A stretch of DNA of 64,000 nt from Chrysomallon squamiferum (Eukaryota; Animalia; Mollusca), in NCBI GenBank assembly GCA_012295275.1, contig CM022679.1, positions 12,028,001-12,092,000 on the forward strand, written 5' to 3'. Shown piece by piece: positions 55,514-64,000 of this stretch. The notes beneath the pieces were generated by a model. That model was not told where the DNA came from, did no database searches, and saw only the letters and a list, made by a program, of their open reading frames with translations. Within the stretch, counting starts at the first letter, position 1. Each line of letters opens with the position of its first letter. The position numbers and the translations under genes were made by a program.

Positions 55514-56990
55514 TAGTGCCACACACAGCTTTTTGCCCTTATATGGCAAATGATAAGGTCGCGTTGAAAGACGTGATGAAATGCAAATAAAAGTTCCATT
55601 CCGACGACTGAGCAGTGCTCATTAATAACAAAAACGGCATCAATAATAACAGCAACAACAACAACAGTCATCATCATCATCATCATCACCATCATCATAA
55701 CAACAAAAATAATAATAGTAACAACAATAGACGTCATCATCATCATCATCACAGTCATCATCGTTATTATTATTAAGAGTCAAAGTAGAAATGGATGTTG
55801 TGTGGTATGGCAAATATTGATGTATAAAATAAATAAAAATATAATGAAATAATATCTTATTGTTTTATTATTTTATCGATATATTTCTTTACTTTTATAA
55901 CGTAATAGATGCAATATAATTTTAATAATCGCTAACAACAACAATAATAATGCTGACAGTAACACGAATAAGGCAGAAATAACAGTAATAAAGTAGTAAA
56001 AGTTTACGCAGTATTAGCAATATAGTGTCAGTGACAGTAGAAGTAGTAGTAATAGTAACAGTAACAGCAGCAGTAGTTATTTTATTAACAAGTACAAAAT
56101 ATCAAACAGAATTTAAAAAGTAAAGAGATTTTAAAAAATAAATAAATAAAAAATTATTGTTGTTGAAAAGAATAGATTAGTTACAAAAAAAAAAAAAAAA
56201 AAAAAAAAAATAAAAAAAAGAAAGAAAGAAACGAAAATACATTTTACTTTGATTTTGGAGGATTTACAATAACAAAACATTAAGTCCTTCCTTGTTTTCG
56301 CACCAGTGCCGTACTTTAGAATTTATCTTGTTAAACAATCGTTTTGTCCGAGCTCGGAACTCATATACATTACACCCAACTTGATCTTACGACATTTTAG
56401 TGCTTTCTCTTTAATTTACACCGACTAATCTGTACGAAGAAAGAAAATCTTTACAATGCTACGGTAATAAAGAAGGATGAAATCGTCTACTTTTCAGATT
56501 AAGGAAAATCCATTGCTGATCTTCTCTTGTAACTCTGTCCTATTAAGTGAGCGGCACCTGCTTTATTTGTGTGAAGACAGATTTGGTGTTATGTTGGAGA
56601 AACTTTAATGTCACTACCTGCTCCAGTAAGTCATTTCGATTGTCGGCATTTGTCAGGTCTTAATTGGTTTTGGTAACAAGATGCGAGAGCAAAGATTGTT
56701 TGGTACCTTTTTTTCTTTTTCATTTTCTTTCTTGTTTTTTCTCTTAGACTTTTGCTAAGCTGAATCACCGTGATGCAAAATTCTGTCCATTTAAAGAGAC
56801 ATCGATTGTGTGGCATTGATTTAGTAAATAATTATGTTCACAAAACGTATAATAAAGTGAGAATAAATATATACCGGCGTATGATTTTTTGTCACCGGCC
56901 ATTCGATGGTTTTTGTTTAAGATTTTAACTGGTGGCTATGGTCATCCAAAATGTGGCGGAAAAACGCTTTAGTTGAACACACATACACAA

Positions 56991-57046
<56 letters not shown>

Positions 57047-58835
57047 GCATATTAGTATATTAGTCTGTATACTGAACTGTATTGAACGGTGCCATTATAA
57101 ACAGCATTTAATAGACATTTCTTAAAAGAGGCATTTATAAGTATCTGTCTCTTTCTTTCAGTTTTTTTTTTTTCTTTCTCTGTTTTACAGTCTGTTCTTC
57201 TTTGTACTTTAGTCTCTTTTATATCTGCATTTTTATGTCTCGCTGTCCATCCAGATTTGCCTATAATGCGTAATATGTGACTCCCATTGTAGGAATGAAA
57301 TACAGAAAGTTTCCATATAAACCTTTCACCGAAAGAAAATCCCTAAGCATTAGAAGTTAATACAAAGTCTTAGCCAAATAAATCATATAACACTGACAGG
57401 TAGCAGACAAATTACACTAACACGAATCAAATCTCTTGGGAAAAACTGCTTGATTCAAAACATCTCCTTTAACAGCGTCGTGGATCTTAATAGGTTTCTG
57501 TAGTAATTTATACGTAGACCTGATGTGACATATTCAGAGAGGTGATTGCTAAAAACATGATTACCGAATCAATTCTATTCCAATTTAGATGATTAACTCA
57601 AGGCAAAATGTAATATCTTAGATGATGGATTGTTTTTAAGTATTAGATTATTAGATTCATTTAAAGAATAGAAAAAATGCACTCAGCAAACTTTGACATA
57701 AAAGACAGTATTAGCTGCCACATTTTCGCATCCTAGACGAATTTTTTTAACGGTTCTGACTTTTATATATAAAATATAGATTAAGCTCTGAATTATGACT
57801 TTTCAAATTCAAGATGAGGTAAACAGAATTTTTAAAAAATCACGTGGAACCATTTTCGTTTGTCATCGGGAGCACATGACCTTCAAGGTAATGACGTCAT
57901 TACTTGACAGAAAGTGCAAATGTGTAGATTTTGTCAAACTTAACACTCTACAACAGATGACGATCCTAATTGGACACCCATGCACTTATTTCTCTGCTTT
58001 TCATCGCAGAGTAATTGCTTGTCAGGTCCTATCTTTAGAGCTTTCAGCTGGCCTAGAGTTTTACTCATGTTTTGTGATCAGGAAAGCTATACCCCGACAT
58101 CAAAGTGTCTGTATTTATCTAGGGAACTGCCAGGTTAAGATATGAGCGCAGATGAAACGTATAATTAAGGCTCGAACACACTAAATTGAACACATCAACT
58201 CTTAATCTGGGAAACATTGGCTGTCTGACTTTCTGTAACCTGCAGCTCGTAATTTTACGTCCGATAGCACTCGCACCCATCACAAATTGATAAATTAGGA
58301 AGTAGCAGTGTGGAAAATATTGCCCAAACCTGACAGCACGTCTACTTCATCAAGAGCAGATAACCCACGTTTAACAAGCCCCGCATCCTGGCCGTGTCAA
58401 ACCGTAAATTGGTTGGTGTTGCATGTCGTTATTTAGAACACAAGGCAGAGAAGGTTACATACCACTATTAATTGTGTTTTGTTATTTATTGCACAAAAAT
58501 GTGCTTGGTAATTGTGTTGGTGTCAAATGTGAAAAGAAAAAAGAAAAAAAAAAAAAAGAAGAAAAAAAATTAACAACAGAAAGGTATGTATATAAACAAA
58601 TCAACAAGAAATAATTAAATAATAAAAACAGTTGGAAAAATTAAATATTGTATTAATGCATGTAACAGGATTCTGGGTGTAAAAAAGAAGAAAAAACAAA
58701 GAAAGAAAAAGATACGTACAAAAACTGACTCACTATTTAAAAGACCAACAAGAATTAACTAACTAAGTCATTCTTCACTCACTCATAAATTAAATATTTC
58801 GGTAACCTTTTCATTATTAACAGCCAAAATATGAT

Positions 58836-58873
<38 letters not shown>

Positions 58874-60428
58874 AAAAAGAACCTACAGTTTGCAGGCTAC
58901 ATATTCTTCGCCACTCCAAATAAAACCATTACACATCTTTTCCGAAATATTTTAAGGTTACATGAAAGAAGCTCTAAAGTTCAGGAATATACATAAACCT
59001 TTATCACACTTAATTCAAATCATTACTTCTCTTTTCACGTTCGTTAGCAAAAGGTCTGCTGCAAAATAAAATGTTTTTATTGCATAAAAGTGAAACAGTT
59101 ATTTGCTGTAACAAATATAACTATCTCTAAATTCTCTTGATGTTTCTATTTTAGTCTTTAGAGATTTTACAAAGGGACTACATGTTTCGAACCTCTTTTG
59201 TGGGAGAGTAGGCAATATTACACTTGCTTGTTTGAACAAGCCGTTATTTTGTGCAATTTCAAGAATCTTGGAAGTAAATAAACATACTACTGAGTTAACA
59301 TGTTAAAATATTAACTGAAACAAATAAACGATCCAAGATACACAAATATTCAGACGCCCGATACATAAAGATACTCTTTCGTATGCAGATACAAAAAGAT
59401 AGAATAAACAGCGCACATATAATTACGCCTGAGAATATTCTCTGACATCACTCATAACATTCTTACATTAATTTTCAACACAGCCTTCTTCTTTATCGTT
59501 ATTTAGTGTTAACGTGATTCACCTATCATGAATATTAAAGTTGTTGAAGTGAGAATGGTCGTTAACGTCTGCAGTTAAAAACATGCCTCGGTGTTTTCTG
59601 TTACCACCTACCAGTGAATTACCGTAGTTCATATTTGATTCAATTTGTTTATTTGGCTGCACCGAAAGCCATTAATTTCGTACCAGCTGCCCGCTCAAAA
59701 TGCTGATTTATGCAACACATGAAACAAAACGACAGCAATTCTAAGCCGTTTATTTTAATAAAAGATTAATAAACGTTCCGGCTAAAGAACGTGTCTGTTT
59801 GGTAAACCTTTTGAAACGACAGGGTGCACAAGGCTTTGCTGTTAGATGGAGCAACGCGATAACATTTGAATGTTAATAATATATCATTTAACTTGCGCTT
59901 TGATCTCTAGAATTAACTGCGACGTGGGCTTATTTCCAGGTCTGAAAATGTCTGCAGAGTGTCAGCTTAGTTTTCTAGAGCACAGATCAGGTTTGGTCCC
60001 TCTGAGCGCCAGTGCTGCCAGTCGATGAGATAAGACGTCAAAGTAATGTGAATACGAGTGAATATAGTATATACAATTTGCATTCGTTGAAAACGCACGT
60101 CTGTACATCTGCTGGGAAGGTGATACGGGCTGGGTTTTTTTTGTTTTGTTTTGTTTTTCTTTTTCCGTTGGTTTCGTTTTTCGTACTGACACCTAACTGC
60201 TGTTGGCACTGACGTATTTTATGTTTTGTGTTTATTAAAAGATGATGATGAGGTGAAAGGAGAGACAGATCGGCGATAGGAAACTCTAGTTTTGTTAAAA
60301 ACAATATTTCATTATCGTTTTTCTTTCTCTGTTTTTTTTCTTTCTTCTGACAGTGCTGTGTTATTTTGTTATTTTTTTTTTTTTTGTATACAAACTTTAA
60401 TGTCATTATTTAGCGACTGACATTCAAC

Positions 60429-60463
<35 letters not shown>

Positions 60464-62760
60464 ACAGAACTGAACTTAGTAGAAAAGGACTTATATATAA
60501 ATCTAACACATACGCGGAATTTGGATCAATCGTCTTTGACAGTCACTTATAAAATATTTCCTGTTCCAACTTGCATTCAATTTCTTAGGCTGAGAATGTA
60601 GAAAGAGTATAAAGAATTGATATCAAACTTAAAAAAATATACATTAATAAATAAAATAAATTAATTAGAAAAAATAAAATTAAAAAATAAATAAATGTTA
60701 ACTAAATTAATTAATATAAATTATAACAATTATTGTTATGTGCCGCTGTTCACTAAGGTCTCCAGACGAGTAAGTCTCTTAAGATGTGACTATGTGTTAT
60801 GAGCAAATAAAAATAAACTTTTTGTATATACACATCAGAAATCATGCTAAATAAGTATTTAAAACTATTTAATATGGACCAATTGTTATCATTGAAATCA
60901 TGCTTAAAACCATAAATCATCAGTATTTAAAATTACTTTAATATGCATTAATAATGGACAAAGGGAACAACAAAATCATCATTAGTAGTAGTAGTATTTA
61001 TTTATTTATTTAATAACCAACTGGAAAAAATAATCATTAGATATTGTTTTATTTATTTATTTAATAACCAACTGGAAATAATAAGATATTGTTTTATTAC
61101 AAATTAATGTCAAATATTTGGTTTTTGTGTTTCTGTTAATTGTTATCATCATTATCATTAAAATTATCATCATCATCATTATCATTATTATTATATTTAT
61201 AGTTAGTTAGTTTTATTATTTTTATTTTTGTCTTTTAGGCAGATAATTATTATCATCATTCAGTGTTTCTATTAATTGTTATTATCATTATCATCATCAT
61301 CATTCATCATCATTTCATCATCATCATCATTATTATTATTTTATAGTTTGTTATTATTATTTTTTTTTTTCGTTTAGGCAGATAATTATGAACTATTATC
61401 GAAAATCTTTGGAAATAAAAATGGCCAAATCTTGGTGGCTGGCGAGGAAATGAAGCCAGTGAATTTGCCAGTCGATAATCAAGTGGCTAATTAGGCAACA
61501 CACTCGGGCTAATCATGCCGAGGAGAAAGCACGACAATGTACAGCGCGGCTGCCTTGTTCTCCTATTACAAACCAGAAGCATTTGTCCTTATTTATGAGT
61601 GTTTTTCTGCAGCCGACTAGACACAATAGTCAGGTCCTAATTAACGCGACCAAGAAGCAGCTTTGGTTATCGAGCACAATTAGCGTGTTTGTGCGGTGGG
61701 AAAATGATTCAATAACCTTGCTTTTGATCCGACGTGCGGCCAACATTTCCTCAGTGATGTACGACCATAAGGGCACGGAGTCGTCTCCCGTTCTGCAGCT
61801 CTCCGATTCCCTGAGCACACTTTGATTAAACTCTGCCTAGGAAATATCACAAAATTATAAGCCATGGGTGATCCAGGGACACCAAATGCCATCCGCGGAT
61901 CATTCCATCGGGCATAAATCCCGCAAGGCCGCGATCTCTCAGATCAATAGCTCATCCCGAAGGAACAAGAGACGGATGATCGCTGATAAGTCAGTAATTT
62001 GCAATCAATCATGTTGCTGGCCGCCTCCGAGGACGCTTCGGTTGATGCCTTGTCACATTTCTTTCCTCTGATATTGAAAAGGTTCTGGCTTCAGCTAAAT
62101 TGTCGCGCCAGTTCATCAATGCGCGACTTGACTGAAGAGATCATTTAAATTTGAATTGGTTATTCTTGTTATTGTATCCGCGCAAGGGGTATGGACGTTT
62201 GCATTTGTCAAGAGTACCACTTTAATCTGGTGTCATCAGCAGAGATAAGGCAAAATGGACTGGGATATTGATCGCGGCGGGTACGGCTTGGTTTTAATGT
62301 GAATATTTATCAGACTTTGTCTCATTCCCCTTGTCAGATGGTATTGCACGGGAGAGATCAATTTGTACCAATGAATTGTTTCTTTCCGTTTACAGCCCAC
62401 GAGTCCAGTCAGAAGAAGGACACTTCATTCAAACTAGTAAACGCAAATTTGCACACTAGAATTTATTAGCAAAGGACAAGTAACAACCAACAGCTTTTAA
62501 TTATATTTTTCTTTTTGGTATGCTTTCAACAGTTAAAAAAAAAAAAAAAAAAAAAATAATAATAAATAGAGTAAAGAAAATAAAGAAAACAATACTGCAA
62601 TCACAACGATATCGACAACTGTAACAAAAACAGTTAAATTATGATGATGATAGTAGCTGATTTCATAGAAAAATTAATATTTTGATATATATATTTATCA
62701 GACTTTGTCCTTAAATCTAGACATATAATTACGTTATTATTATTATTATTTATTATTATT

Positions 62761-62812
<52 letters not shown>

Positions 62813-64000
62813 TTTAATTTTATTTAATTTTATTTTTTTCAAATTTAATTTGTACCATAGAATGCGCGGTTTTACAATGGATTTATAACTGATGCATTAA
62901 AGTTATTTATTTCTTTTGTTTTCCTTTGATTTGTATTAACTTCTGAAAATACCAGAGGAGATTAAATCAAACATTTCAAATAAATATTTTTATCTAAATA
63001 AACAAATGCTAAATTTGCAATAATTCTATCAGTAATAGAAAAGGATAAATTTAAAGAAAAACGGCAATAAAAATATTAATAAGAATGTAATAGAAAAATA
63101 TATATGTAAAAAAAAATAAAATAATAATAATAATAAAAGGCTGTCAGAGAGAATAAAGAAGAAAGAAGGAAGAATGAAAGGAAAAACAAAACAGGCAATA
63201 AAATAAATAAATACTGCTACTAGTGCTACTGGGGCTACTATTACTACTACTACTGTTACTCTTCCTTTACAACAATAACAGCAGCTTCTTTTACCACTAC
63301 TACTACTACTTAAACTGCTACCACCTTTACAATAATCTCAACAATAACAGTAACAACAACAAAAATAACAACAGTAACAACAACAAAAATAACAACAGAA
63401 GCAACAACAATAACACAACAACAGCAACATTAATAATAACGATTATGACAATGATCATGATCATATTAATAATAAAATGTATTCTTAACAACACTAACAA
63501 AGGAAACATCAGATACGGGATGGAGGAAAAAACGAAGTATAACGTAAAAAATGTTTTATTTGAATTGTATTTTTAAAACATTTTTTTTTTCGGTGGGGGG
63601 AAGGAGTTTGCTATAATGCTTCTCAAAAACTAGAAAATCTCTTGGGTTCAACGGCAGTGAGTTTTGAGCATCCATTAATTTTGTGTTATTGTCACATATC
63701 ATGTCATATGCCATCCATTATCACAAGTTTTCTCGGCCACAATTGCCGAGAAATGGATGAATAAATCCAGGGCTATCCATTATAACTGACAAAAGACTTT
63801 CAAATAAAGTCTTTTTTTTTTTACTGTTTGACAGTTATGATTATGCACTGATGTCCATTGTCGAGGGAGAAAAACCTTTAAGCCTCGGCAGTATTAAATA
63901 TTGATAATATGGGTATTTTTGATCATCGTGTGTTTGTTTGTGAAACATAATGAATATAAGTTACTGTCTATTATATCAGTTGGCTGTGTTTTCTTTTCTT
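55514..64000 (+). repeat. Probable third tandem unit (runs off the window)
   Basis: Matches to unit 1 at a ~50-53 kb offset: 4555/55514, 5415/58381, 8572/59654, 12207/62293 and, tentatively, 13366/63716. Confidence 0.6.
60997..61390 (+). repeat. Two local tandem duplications (~50 bp and ~140 bp)
   Basis: TTTAATAACCAACTGGAAA...AGATATTGTTTTATT x2; GTGTTTCT.TTAATTGTTAT...TTAGGCAGATAATTAT x2. Confidence 0.8.

Overview
AT-rich, microsatellite-laden animal genomic DNA (invertebrate; possibly lophotrochozoan or mollusc, which is inference only). It is essentially a gene desert around one two-exon NET-family zinc-finger gene (NocA/Elbow/ZNF503/ZNF703-like, + strand, CDS 34246-34308 + 36614-38071, 506 aa), plus one tRNA-Thr(TGT) at 54116-54188 (-). 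All other ORFs in the track are low-complexity or noise. The main observation, from by-eye alignment, is that the GC-richer non-coding islands are diverged paralogs of each other in the same orientation and order. Unit 1 (<=36 to ~23 kb) matches unit 2 (~24.3-52.3 kb, which holds the gene) at nine colinear anchors. Unit 1 also matches a third unit (~55 kb to the window end) at a fairly constant offset of ~50-53 kb. Unit 1 keeps relics of the gene's promoter (13505-13607) and of an intronic element (13901-13915), but I find no coding exons in it. This suggests an ancient tandem duplication or triplication of the whole NET locus, in which the extra copy lost its protein-coding part while its enhancer-like blocks (TALE/Hox/TCF/GC-box motifs) were retained: a 'ghost paralog' shadow-enhancer array. 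Alignments were made by eye and need a computational self-alignment to confirm.
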